Origin: Eledone cirrhosa
Taxonomy: Eukaryota
Length of the DNA: 64,000 bases
Reading direction: 5' to 3'
Assembly: GCA_964016885.1 (NCBI GenBank)
Contig: OZ024740.1
Location: 3,162,001-3,226,000 of the forward strand
Shown: positions 11,001 to 26,000 of the stretch, piece by piece
How the letters are laid out: every line of letters starts with the position of its first letter
How positions within the stretch are numbered: the stretch's first letter is position 1
Notes under the pieces: generated by a model
What the model was told of the DNA's origin: nothing
The model's database searches: none
The model's input: the letters and a program-made list of their open reading frames with translations, nothing else
Program-made: the position numbers and the translations under genes

Positions 11001-14000
11001 TACCTTACTAATACCTCACTAGATCTTACTAATACCTTACTAATACCTCACTAATACCTAGTTAGACCTCACTAATACCTCACTAGACTTCACTAATAAC
11101 TCACTAATAGCTCACTACATCCCACTAATACCTCACTAATACCTCACTAAAGCTCACTAATAGGTAGCTAGACCTCACTAATACCTCACTAATATCTAGC
11201 TAGACCTCACTAAACCTCACTAGACCTCACTAATACCTCAATAATACCTCACTAGACTTCACTAATACCTCACAAGACCTCACGAGTACCTCACTAATAC
11301 CGCACTAATACCTCACTAAACCCTACTAATATCTCACTAATCCTCACTAATAGCTCACTAGACGTCACTAGAGCTCACTAGACCTCACTAATACCTCACT
11401 AATACCTCACTAGACCTCACTAATACCTCACTAGACCTCACTTATACCTCACTAGACCTCATTAATACCTCACTAATACCTCACTAATACCTCACTAATA
11501 CCTCACTAGACCTCACTAATACATCACTAGACCTCATTAATGCCTCACTAATACCTCACTAATACCTCACTAATACCTCACTAATACCTCACTAATACCT
11601 CACTAGACCTCACTCGACCTCACTAAACCTCATTAATACCTCTCTTATACCTCACAATTACCTCACTAATACCTCACTAGACCTCACTAAACCTCACTAA
11701 TACCTCACTGGACCTCACTAATACCTCACTAGACCTCACTAATACCTCACTAATACCTCACTATTACCCCACTAATACATCACTAGACCTCACTAATACC
11801 TCACTAATACCTCACTAGACCTCACTAATACCTCACTAGACCTCACTTATACCTCACTAATACCTCACTATACCTCACTAATACCTCACTAGATCTCACT
11901 AATACCTCACTAATACCTCACTAGACCTCACTAATACCTCACTAATACCTCACTCATACCTCACTATTACCTCACTAATACCTCACTAGACCTCACTAAT
12001 ACCTCACTAATACATCACTAATACCTCACTAATACCTCACTAGACCTCACTAATACCTCACTAATACCTCACTAGACCTCACTTATACCTCACTAATACA
12101 TCACTATACTTCACTAATACCTCACTAATACCTCACTAGACCTCACTAATACCTCACTAATACCTCACTAATACCTCACTAATACCTCACTAGACCTCAC
12201 TATTACCTCACTAATACCTCACTAGACCTCACTTATACCTCACTAATACCTCACTAATACCTCACTAATACCTCACTATACCTCACTAATACCTCACTAA
12301 TACCTCACTAGACCTCACTAATACCTCACTAATACCTCACTAGACCTCACTAATACCTCACTAATACCTCACTAATACCTCACTGGACCTCACTAATACC
12401 TCACTAATAACTAACTAGACCTCACTTATATCGCACTGAAACCTCACTAATACCTCACTAGAGCTCACTAATAACTCACTAATACCTCACTAATTCCTCA
12501 CTAATACCTCACTAATTCCTCACTAATACCTCACTAGACCTCACTAATACCTCACTAATACCTCACTAGACCTCACTAATACCTCACTAGACCTCATTAA
12601 TACCTCACTAATACCTCACTAATACCTCACTAATACCTCACTAGACCTCACTAGACCTTACTAAACCTCACTAATACCTCACTAATACCTCACTATTACC
12701 TCACTAATACCTCAGTAATATCTCACTAGACCTCACTAATACTTGACTAATACCTTACTAATACCTCACTAGATCTTACTAATACCTTACTAATACCTCA
12801 CTAATACCTAGTTAGACCTCACTAGACCTCACTAATACCTCACTAGTCTCCACTAATGACTCACTAATAGCTCACTACATCCCACTAATACTTCACTAAT
12901 ACCTCACTAATACCTCACTAGACATCACTAATACCACACTAATACCTCACTAGACCTCACTAATACCTCACTAATACCTCACTAATACCTCACTAATACC
13001 TCACTAATACCTCACTAATACCTCACTAGACCTCACTAATACCTCACTAATACCTCACTATTACCTCACTAATACCTCACTAGACCTTACTAATACCTCA
13101 CTAATACCTCATTAGACCTCACTAAAACCTCACTAATACCTCACTAGACCTCACTTATACCTCACTAATACTTCACTATACCTCACTAATACCTCACTAA
13201 TACCTCACTAGACCTCACTAATACCTCACTAATACCTCAATAATACGTCACTAATACCTCTCTAATACCTCACTAGACCTCACTATTACCTCACTAATAC
13301 CTCACTAGACCTCACTTATACCTCACTAATACCTCACTAATACCTCACTAATACCTCACTATACCTCACTAATACCTCACTAATACCTCACTAGACCTCA
13401 CTAATACCTCACTAATACCTCACTAGACCTCACTAATACCTCACTAATACCTCACTAATACCTCACTAATACCTCACTAATACCTCTCTAATACCTCACT
13501 AGACCTCACTATTACCTCACTAGACCTCATTAATGCCTCACTAATACCTCACTAATACCTCACTAATACCTCACTAATACCTCACTAATACCTCACTAGA
13601 CCTCACTAAACCTCACTAATACCTCACTAATACCTCACTAATACCTCACTAGACCTCACTAATACCTCACTAGACCTCACTAATACATCACTATACCTCA
13701 CTAATACCTCACTAATACCTCACTAAAACTCACTAATACCTCACTAATACCTCACTAATACCTCACTAGACCTCACTATTACCTCACTAATACCTCACTA
13801 GACCTCACTTATACCTCACTAATACCTCACTAATACCTCACTAATACCTCACTAGACCTCACTTATATCTCACTGAAACCTCACTAGACCTCACTTATAC
13901 CTCACTAATACCTCACTAATACCTCACTAGACCTCACTATTACCTCACTAATACCTCACTAGACCTCACTTATACCTCACTAATACCTCACTAATACCTC

Positions 14001-17000
14001 ACTAATACCTCACTAGACCTCACTTATATCTCACTGAAACCTCACTAGACGTCACTAATACCTCACTAATACCTCACTAGATCTCACTAATACCTCACTA
14101 GACCTCACTAATACCTCACTAATACCTCACTAGACCTCACTTATATCTCACTGAAACCTCACTAGACCTCACTAATACCTCACTAGACCTCACTAATACC
14201 TCACTAATACCTCACTAGACCTCACTAATACCTCACTAATACCTCACTAATACCTCACTAGACCTCACTAATACCTCACTAATACCTCACTAGACCTCAC
14301 TTATATCTCACTGAAACCTCATTAGACCTCATTAATACCTCACTAATACCTCACTAGACCTCACTAAATACCTCACTAATACCTCACTAATACCTCACTA
14401 ATACCTCACTAGACCTCACTAATACCTCACTAGACCTCACTAATACCTCACTAATACCTCACTAATACCTCACTAGACCTCACTAATACCTCACTAATAC
14501 CTCACTAGACCTCACTTATACCTCACTGAAACCTCACTAATACCTCACTAGAGCTCACTAATACCTCACTAATACCTCACTAATACCTCACTAATACCTC
14601 ACTAGACCTCACTAATATCTCACTAATACCTCACTAATACCTCACCAATACCTCACTAGACCTCACTAATACCTCACTAATACCTCACTAGACCTCACTA
14701 ATACCTCACTAGACCTCATTAATACCTCACTAATACCTCACTAATACCTCACTAATACCTCACTAATATCTCACTAGACCTCACTAGACCTTACTAAACC
14801 TCACTATTACCTCACTAATACCTCAGTAATATCTCACTAGACCTCACTAATACTTGACTAATACCTTACTAATACCTCACTAGATCTTACTAATACCTTA
14901 CTAATACCTCACTAATACCTAGTTAGACCTCAATAGACCTCACTAATACCTCACTAGTCTTCACTAATAACTCACTAATAGCTCACTACATCCCACTAAT
15001 ACCTCACTAATACCTAGCTAGACCTCACTAAACCTCACTAGACCTCACTAATACCTCACTAATACCTCACTAGACTTCACTAATACTTCACTAATACCTC
15101 ACAAGACCTCACTAGTACCTCACTAATACCGCACTAATACCTCACTAGACCTCATTAATACCTCACTAATACCTCACTAATACCTCACTAATACCTCACT
15201 AATACCTCACTAGACCTCATTAATGCCTCACTAATACCTAACTAGACCTCACTAATACCTCACTAGACCTCACTTATACCTCACTAGACCTCACTTATAC
15301 CTCACTAATACCTCACTAGACCTCATTAATACCTCACTAATACCTCACTAATACCTCACTAATACCTCACTAATACCTCACTAATACCTCACTAGACCTC
15401 ATTAATGCCTCACTAATACCTCACTAATACCTCACTAATACCTCACTAATACCTCACTAGACCTCATTAATGCCTCACTAATACCTCACTAATACCTCAC
15501 TAATACCTCACTAATACCTCACTAATACCTCACTAATACCTCACTAGACCTCACTAATACCTCACTAATACCTCACTAATACCTCACTAGACCTCACTAA
15601 TACCTCTCTAATACCTCACTAGACCTCACTAATACCTCACTATACCTCACTAACACCTCACTAATACCTCACTAGACCTCACTAATACCTCACTAATACC
15701 TCACTAATACCTCACTAGACCTCACTATTACCTCACTAATACCTCACTAGACCTCACTTATACCTCACTAATGCCTCACTAATACCTCACTAATACCTCA
15801 CTAGACCTCACTTATATCTCACTGAAACCTCACTAGACCTCACTAATACCTCACTAATACCTCACTTGACCTCATTAATACCTCACTAATACCTCACTAA
15901 TACCTCACTAATACCTCACTAGACCTCACTAATACCTCACTAATACCTCACTAGACCTCACTTATATCTCACTGAAACCTCACTAGACCTCACTAATACT
16001 TCACTAGACCTCACTAATACCTCACTAATACCTCACTAGACCTCACTAATACCTCACTAATACCTCACTAATACCTCACTAGACCTCACTAATACCTCAC
16101 TAATACCTCACTACACCTCACTTATATCTCACTGAAACCTCACTAGACCTCAGTAATACCCCACTAATACCTCACTAATACCTCACTAGACCTCACTAAT
16201 ACCTCACTAGACCTCACTAATACCTCACTAATACCTCACTAATACCTCAGTAGACCTCACTAATACCTCACTAATACCTCACTAGACCTCACTTATACCT
16301 CACTGAAACCTCACTAATACCTCACTAGAGCTCACTAATACCTCACTAATACCTCACTAATACCTCACTAATACCTCACTAGACCTCACTAATACCTCAC
16401 TAATACCTCACTAATACCTCACCAATACCTCACTAGACCTCACTAATACCTCACTAATACCTCACTAGACCTCACTAATACCTCACTAGACCTCATTAAT
16501 ACCTCACTAATACCTCACTAATACCTCACTAATACCTCACTAATACCTCACTAATACCTCACTAATATCTCACTAGACCTCACTAGACCTTACTAAACCT
16601 CACTATTACCTCACTAATACCTCAGTAATATCTCACTAGACCTCACTAATACTTGACTAATACCTTACTAATACCTCACTAGATCTTACTAATAACTTAC
16701 TAATACCTCACTAATACCTAGTTAGACCTCACTAGACCTCACTAATACCTCACTAATAACTCACTAATACCTCACCAATACCTCACTAGACCTCACTAAT
16801 ACCTCACTAATACCTCACTAGACCTCACTAATACCTCACTAGACCTCATTAATACCTCACTAATACCTCACTAATACCTCACTAATACCTCACTAATACC
16901 TCACTAATACTTGACTAATACCTTACTAATACCTCACTAGATCTTACTAATACCTTACTAATACCTCACTAATACCTAGTTAGACCTCACTAGACCTCAC

Positions 17001-20000
17001 TAATACCTCACCAATACCTCACTAGACCTCACTAATACCTCACTAGACCTCACTAATACCTCACTAGACCTCATTAATACCTCACTAATACCTCACTAAT
17101 ACCTCACTAATACCTCACTAATACCTCACTAATATCTCACTAGACCTCACTAGACCTTACTAAACCTCACTATTACCTCACTAATACCTCAGTAATATCT
17201 CACTAGACCTCACTAATACTTGACTAATACCTTACTAATACCTCACTAGATCTTACTAATACCTTACTAATACCTCACTAATAGCTAGTTAGACCTCACT
17301 AGACCTCACTAATACCTCACTAGTCTTCACTAATAACTCACTAATAGCTCACTACATCCCACTAATACCTCACTAATACCTAGCTAGACCTCACTAAACC
17401 TCACTAGACCTCACTAATACCTCACTAATACCTCACTAGACTTCACTAATACTTCACTAATACCTCACAAGACCTCACTAGTACCTCACTAATACCGCAC
17501 TAATACCTCACTAAACCCTACTAATATCTCACTAATCCTCACTAATAGCTCACTGAAACCTCACTAGACCTCACTAATACTTCACTAGACCTCACTAATA
17601 CCTCACTAATACCTCACTAGACCTCACTAATACCTCACTAATACCTCACTAATACCTCACTAGACCTCACTAATACCTCACTAATACCTCACTAATACCT
17701 CACTAGACCTCACTAATACCTCACTAATACCTCACTAGACCTCACTTATACCTCACTGAAACCTCACTAATACCTCACTAGAGCTTACTAATACCTCAAT
17801 AATACCTCACTAATACCTCACTAATACATCACTAGACCTCACTAATACCTCACTAATACCTCACTAATACCTCACCAATACCTCACTAGACCTCACTAAT
17901 ACCTCACTAATACCTTACTAGACCTCACTAATACCTCACTAGACCTCATTAATACCTCACTAATACCTCACTAATACCTCACTAATACCTCACTAATACC
18001 TTGCTAATACCTCACTAGATCTTACTAATACCTTACTATTACCTCACTAATACCTAGTTAGACCTCACTAGACCTCACTAATACCTCACTAATACCTCAC
18101 TAATACCTCACCAATACCTCACTAGACCTCACTAATACCTCACTAATACCTCACTAGACCTCACTAATACCTCACTAGACCTCATTAATACCTCACTAAT
18201 ACCTCACTAATACCTCACTAATACCTCACTAATACCTCACTAATACCTCACTAATATCTCACTAGACCTCACTAGACCTTACTAAACCTCACTATTACCT
18301 CACTAATACCTCAGTAATATCTCACTAGAGCTCACTAATACTTGACTAATACCTTACTAATACCTCACTAGATCTTACTAATACCTTACTAATACCTCAC
18401 TAGACCTCACTTATACCTCACTAGACCTCACTTATACCTCACTAATACCTCACTAATACCTCACTAATACCTCACTAATACCTCACTAATACCTCACTAG
18501 ACCTCATTAATGCCTCACTAATACCTCACTAATAACTCACTAATACCTCACTAATACCTCACTAATACCTCACTAATACCTCACTAGACCTCACTAGACC
18601 TCACTAAACCTCATTAATACCTCTCTTATACCTCGCAATTACCTCACTAATACCTCACTAGACCTCACTAAACCTCACTAATACCTCACTAATACCTCAC
18701 TAATACCTCACTAATACCTCACTAATACCTCACTAGACCTCACTAATACCTCACTATACCTCACTAATACCTCACTAATACCTCACTAGACCTAACTAAT
18801 ACCTCACTAATACCTCACTAATACCTCACTAATACCTCACTAATACCTCACTAATACCTCACTAGACCTCACTTATATCTCACTGAAACCTCACTAGACC
18901 TCACTAATACCTCACTAATACCTCACTAGACCTCACTAATACCTCACTAATACCTCACTAATACCTCACTAGACCTCACTAATACCTCACTAATACCTCA
19001 CTAATACCTCACTAGACCTCACTAATACCTCACTAATACCTCACTAGACCTCACTTATACCTCACTGAAACCTCACTAATACCTCACTAGAGCTCACTAA
19101 TACCTCACTAATACCTCACTAATACCTCACTAATACCTCACTAGAACTCACTAATACCTCACTAATACCTCACTAATACCTCACCAATACCTCACTAGAC
19201 CTCTCTAATACCTCACTAATACCTCACTAGACCTCACTAATACCTCACTAGACCTCATTAATACCTCACTATTACCTCACTAATATCTCACTAGACCTCA
19301 CTAGACCTTACTAAACCTCACTATTACCTCACTAATACCTCAGTAATATCTCACTAGACCTCACTAATACTTGACTAATACCTTACTAATACCTCACTAG
19401 ATCTTACTAATAACTTACTAATACCTCACTAATACCTAGTTAGACCTCACTAGACCTCACTAATACCTCACTAATAACTCACTAATACCTCACCAATACC
19501 TCACTAGACCTCACTAATACCTCACTAATACCTCACTAGACCTCACTAATACCTCACTAGACCTCATTAATACCTCACTAATACCTCACTAATACCTCAC
19601 TAATATCTCACTAATACCTCACTAGTATCTCACTAGACCTCACTACACCTTACTAAACCTCACTATTACCTCACTAATACCTCAGTAATATCTCACTAAT
19701 ACTTGACTAATACCTTACTAATACCTCACTAGATCTTACTAATACCTTACTAATACCTCACTAATACCTAGTTAGACCTCACTAGACCTCACTAATACCT
19801 CACCAATACCTCACTAGACCTCACTAATACCTCACTAGACCTCACTAATACCTCACTAGACCTCATTAATACCTCACTAATACCTCACTAATACCTCACT
19901 AATACCTCACTAATACCTCACTAATACCTCGCTAATACCTCACTAATATCTCACTAGACCTCACTAGACCTTACTAAACCTCACTATTACCTCACTAATA

Positions 20001-23000
20001 CCTCAGTAATATCTCACTAGACCTCACTAATACTTGACTAATACCTTACTAATACCTCACTAGATCTTACTAATACCTTACTAATACCTCACTAATAGCT
20101 AGTTAGACCTCACTAGACCTCACTAATACCTCACTAGTCTTCACTAATAACTCACTAATAGCTCACTACATCCCACTAATACCTCACTAATACCTAGCTA
20201 GACCTCACTAAACCTCACTAGACCTCACTAATACCTCACTAATACCTCACTAGACTTCACTAATACTTCACTAATACCTCACAAGACCTCACTAGTACCT
20301 CACTAATACCGCACTAATACCTCACTAAACCCTACTAATATCTCACTAATCCTCACTAATAGCTCACTGAAACCTCACTAGACCTCACTAATACTTCACT
20401 AGACCTCACTAATACCTCACTAATACCTCACTAGACCTCACTAATACCTCACTAATACCTCACTAATACCTCACTAGACCTCACTAATACCTCACTAATA
20501 CCTCACTAATACCTCACTAGACCTCACTAATACCTCACTAATACCTCACTAGACCTCACTTATACCTCACTGAAACCTCACTAATACCTCACTAGAGCTT
20601 ACTAATACCTCAATAATACCTCACTAATACCTCACTAATACATCACTAGACCTCACTAATACCTCACTAATACCTCACTAATAATTCACCAATACCTCAC
20701 TAGACCTCCCTAATACCTCACTAATACCTTACTAGACCTCACTAATACCTCACTAGACCTCATTAATACCTCACTAATACCTCACTAATACCTCACTAAT
20801 ACCTCACTAATACCTAGTTAGACCTCACTAGACCTCACTAATACCTCACTAATAACTCACTAATACCTCACTAATACCTCAATAGACCTCACTAATACCT
20901 CACTAGACCTCATTAATACCTCACTAATACCTCAATAATACCTCACTAATACCTCACTAATACCTCACTAATACCTCACTAATATCTCACTAGACCTCAC
21001 TAGACCTTACTAAACCTCACTATTACCTCACTAATACCTCAGTAATATCTCACTAATACTAATACTTGACTAATACCTTGCTAATACCTCACTAGATCTT
21101 ACTAATACCTTACTATTACCTCACTAATACCTAGTTAGACCTCACTAGACCTCACTAATACCTCACTAATACCTCACTAATACCTCACCAATACCTCACT
21201 AGACCTCACTAATACCTCACTAATACCTCACTAGACCTCACTAATACCTCACTAGACCTCATTAATACCTCACTAATACCTCACTAATACCTCACTAATA
21301 CCTCACTAATACCTCACTAATACCTCACTAATATCTCACTAGACCTCACTAGACCTTACTAAACCTCACTATTACCTCACTAATACCTCAGTAATATCTC
21401 ACTAGAGCTCACTAATACTTGACTAATACCTTACTAATACCTCACTAGATCTTACTAATACCTTACTAATACCTCACTAATAGCTAGTTAGACCTCACTA
21501 GACCTCACTAATACCTCACTAGTCTTCACTAATAGCTCACTAATACCTAGCTAGACCTCACTAAACCTCACTAGACCTCACTAATACCTCACTAATACCT
21601 CACTAGACTTAACTAATACTTCACTAATACCTCACAAGACCTCACTAGTACCTCACTAATACCGCACTAATACCTCACTAAACCCTACTAATATCTCACT
21701 AATCCTCACTAATAGCTCACTAGACCTCACTAGACCTCACTAGACCTCACTAATACCTCACTAATACCTCACTAGACCTCACTTATACCTCACTAGACCT
21801 CACTTATACCTCACTAATACCTCACTAATACCTCACTAATACCTCACTAATACCTCACTAATACCTCACTAATACCTCACTAGACCTCATTAATGCCTCA
21901 CTAATACCTCACTAATAACTCACTAATACCTCACTAATACCTCACTAATACCTCACTAATACCTCACTAGACCTCACTAGACCTCACTAAACCTCATTAA
22001 TACCTCTCTTATACCTCGCAATTACCTCACTAATACCTCACTAGACCTCACTAAACCTCACTAATACCTCACTAATACCTCACTAATACCTCACTAATAC
22101 CTCACTAGACCTCACTAATACCTCACTATACCTCACTAATACCTCACTAATACCTCACTAGACCTAACTAATACCTCACTAATACCTCACTAATACCTCA
22201 CTAATACCTCACTAGACCTCATTATTACCTCACTAATACCTCACTAGACCTCACTTATACCTCACTAATACCTCACTAATACCTCACTAATACCTCACTA
22301 GACCTCACTTATATCTCACTGAAACCTCACTAGACCTCACTAATACCTCACTAATACCTCACTAGACCTCACTAATACCTCACTAATACCTCACTAATAC
22401 CTCACTAGACCTCACTAATACCTCACTAATACCTCACTAGACCTCACTTATATCTCACTGAAACCTCACTAGACCTCACTAATACCTCACTAATACCTCA
22501 CTAGACCTCACTAATACCTCACTAATACCTCACTAATACCTCACTAGACCTCACTAATACCTCACTAGACCTCACTAATACCTCACTAATACCTCACTAA
22601 TACCTCACTAGACCTCACTAATACCTCACTAATACCTCACTAGACCTCACTTATACCTCACTGAAACCTCACTAATACCTCACTAGAGCTCACTAATACC
22701 TCACTAATACCTCACTAATACCTCACTAATACCTCACTAGAACTCACTAATACCTCACTAATACCTCACTAATACCTCACTAATACCTCACCAATACCTC
22801 ACTAGACCTCTCTAATACCTCACTAATACCTCACTAGACCTCACTAATACCTCACTAGACCTCATTAATAACTCACTATTACCTCACTAATACCTCACTA
22901 ATACCTCACTAATACCTCACTAATACCTCACTAATATCTCACTAGACCTCACTAGACCTTACTAAACCTCACTATTACCTCACTAATACCTCAGTAATAT

Positions 23001-26000
23001 CTCACTAATACTTGACTAATACCTTACTAATACCTCACTAGATCTTACTAATACCTTACTAATACCTCACTAATACCTAGTTAGACCTCACTAGACCTCA
23101 CTAATACCTCACTAGTCTTCACTAATAACTCGCTAATAGCTCACTACATCCCACTAATACCCTACTAATACCTAGCTAGACCTCACTAAACCTCGCTAGA
23201 CCTCACTAATACCTCACTAATACCTCACTAATACCTCACTAGACTTCACTAATACTTCACTAATACCTCACAAGACCTCACTAGTACCTCACTAATACCG
23301 CACTAATACCTCACTAAACCCTACAAATATCTCACTAATCCTCTCTAATAGCTCACTAGACCTCACTAGACCTCACTAGACCTCACTAATACCTCACTAG
23401 ACCTCACTAATACCTCACTAGACCTCACTAATACCTCACTAGACCTCATTAATGCCTCACTAATACCTCACTAATACCTCACTAATACCTCACTAATACC
23501 TCACTAGACCTCACTATTACCTCACTAATACCTCACTAGACCTCACTTATACCTCACTAATACCTCACTAATAACTCATTAATACCTCACTAGACCTCAC
23601 TTATATCTCACTAATACCTCACTAATACCTCACTAGACCTCACTAATACCTCACTAATACCTCACTAATACCTCACCAATACCTCACTAGACCTCACTAA
23701 TACCTCATTAATACCTCACTAGACCTCACTAATACCTCACTAGACCTCATTAATACCTCACTAATACCTCACTAATACGTCACTAATACCTCACTAATAC
23801 CTCACTAATACCTCACTAATACCTCACTAGATCTTACTAATACCTTACTAATAACTCACTAATACCTAGTTAGACCTCACTAGATCTCACCAATACCTCA
23901 CTAGACCTCACTAATACCTCACTAATACCTCACTAGACCTCTCTAGACCTTACTAAACCTCACTATTACCTCACTAATACCTCAGTAATATCCCACTAGA
24001 CCTCACTAATACTTGACTAATACCTTACTAATACCTCACTAGATCTTACTAATACCTTACTAATACCTCACTAATACCTAGTTAGACCTCACTAGATCTC
24101 ACTAATACCTCACTAGTCTTCACTAATAACTCACTAATAGCTCACTACATCCCACTAATACCTCACTAATACCTAGCTAGACCTCACTAAACCTCACTAG
24201 ACCTCACTAATACCTCACTAATACCTCACAAGACTTCACTAATACTTCACTAATACCTCACAAGGCCTCACTAGTACCTCACTAATACCGCACTAACACC
24301 TCACTAAACCCTACTAATATCTCACTAATCCTCACTAATAGCTCACTAGACCTAACTAGACCTCACTAGACCTCACTAATACCTCACTAATACCTCACTA
24401 GACCTCACTAATACCTCACTAGACCTCACTTATACCTCACTAGACCTCACTTATACCACACTAATACCTCACTAGACCTCATTAACACCTCACTAATACC
24501 TCACTAATACCTCACTAATACCTCACTAATACCTCACTAGACCTCATTAATGCCTCACTAATACCTCACTAATACCTCACTAATACCTCACTAATACCTC
24601 ACTAATACCTCACTAATACCTCACTAGACCTCACTAGACCTCACTAAACCTCATTAATACCTCTCTTATACCTCACAATTACCTCACTAATACCTCACTA
24701 GACCTCACTAAACCTCACTAATACCTCACTAGACCTCACTAATACCTCACTAGACCTCACTAATACCTCACTAATACCTCACTAATACCTCACTAATACA
24801 TCACTATACTTCACTAATACCTCACTAATACCTCACTAGACCTCACTAATACCTCACTAATACCTCACTAATACCACACTAATACCTCACTAGACCTCAC
24901 TATTACCTCACTAATACCTCACTAGACCTCACTTATACCTCACTAATACCTCACTAATACCTAACTAGACCTCACTTATATCTCACTGAAACCTCACTAA
25001 TACCTCACTAGAGCTCACTAATACCTCACTAATACCTCACTAATACCTCACTAATACCTCACTAGATCTCACTAATACCTCACTAATACCTCACTAATAC
25101 CTCACTAGACCTCACTAATACCTCACTAATACCTCACTAGACCTCACTAATACCTCACTAGACCTCATTAATACCTCACTAATACCTCACTAATACCTCA
25201 CTAATACCTCACTAATACCTCACTAGACCTCACTAGACCTTACTAAACCTCACTAATACCTCACTATTACCTCACTAATACCTCAGTAATATCTCACTAG
25301 ACCTCACTAATACCTCACTAGACCTTACTAATACCTCACTAATACCTCACTAGACCTCACTAATACCTCACTAATACCTTACTAATACTTCACTAGATCT
25401 TACTAATACCTTACTAATACCTCACTAATACCTAGTTAGACCTCACTAGACCTCACTAATACCTCACTAGTCTCCACTAATAACTCACTAATAGCTCACT
25501 ACATCCCACTAATACCTCACTAATACCTCACTAATACCTCACTAGACATCATTATTTCCACACTAATATCTCACTATTACCTCACTAATACCTCACTAGA
25601 CCTTACTAATACCTCACTAATACCTCACTAGACCTCACTAAAACCTCACTAATACCTCACTAGACCTCACTTATACCTCACTAATACTTCACTATACCTC
25701 AATAATACCTCACTAATACCTCACTAGACCTCACTAATACCTCACTAATACCTCACTAATACATCACTAATACCTCACTATACCTCACTAATACCTCACT
25801 AATACCTCACTAGACCTCACTAATACCTCACTAATACCTCACTAGGCCTCACTAATACCTCACTAATACCTCACTAATACCTCACTAATACCTCACTAAT
25901 ACCTCTCTAATACCTCACTAGACCTCACTATTACCTCACTTATACCTCACTAGACCTCACTAATACCTCACTTGACCTCACTAATACCTCACTAGACCTC

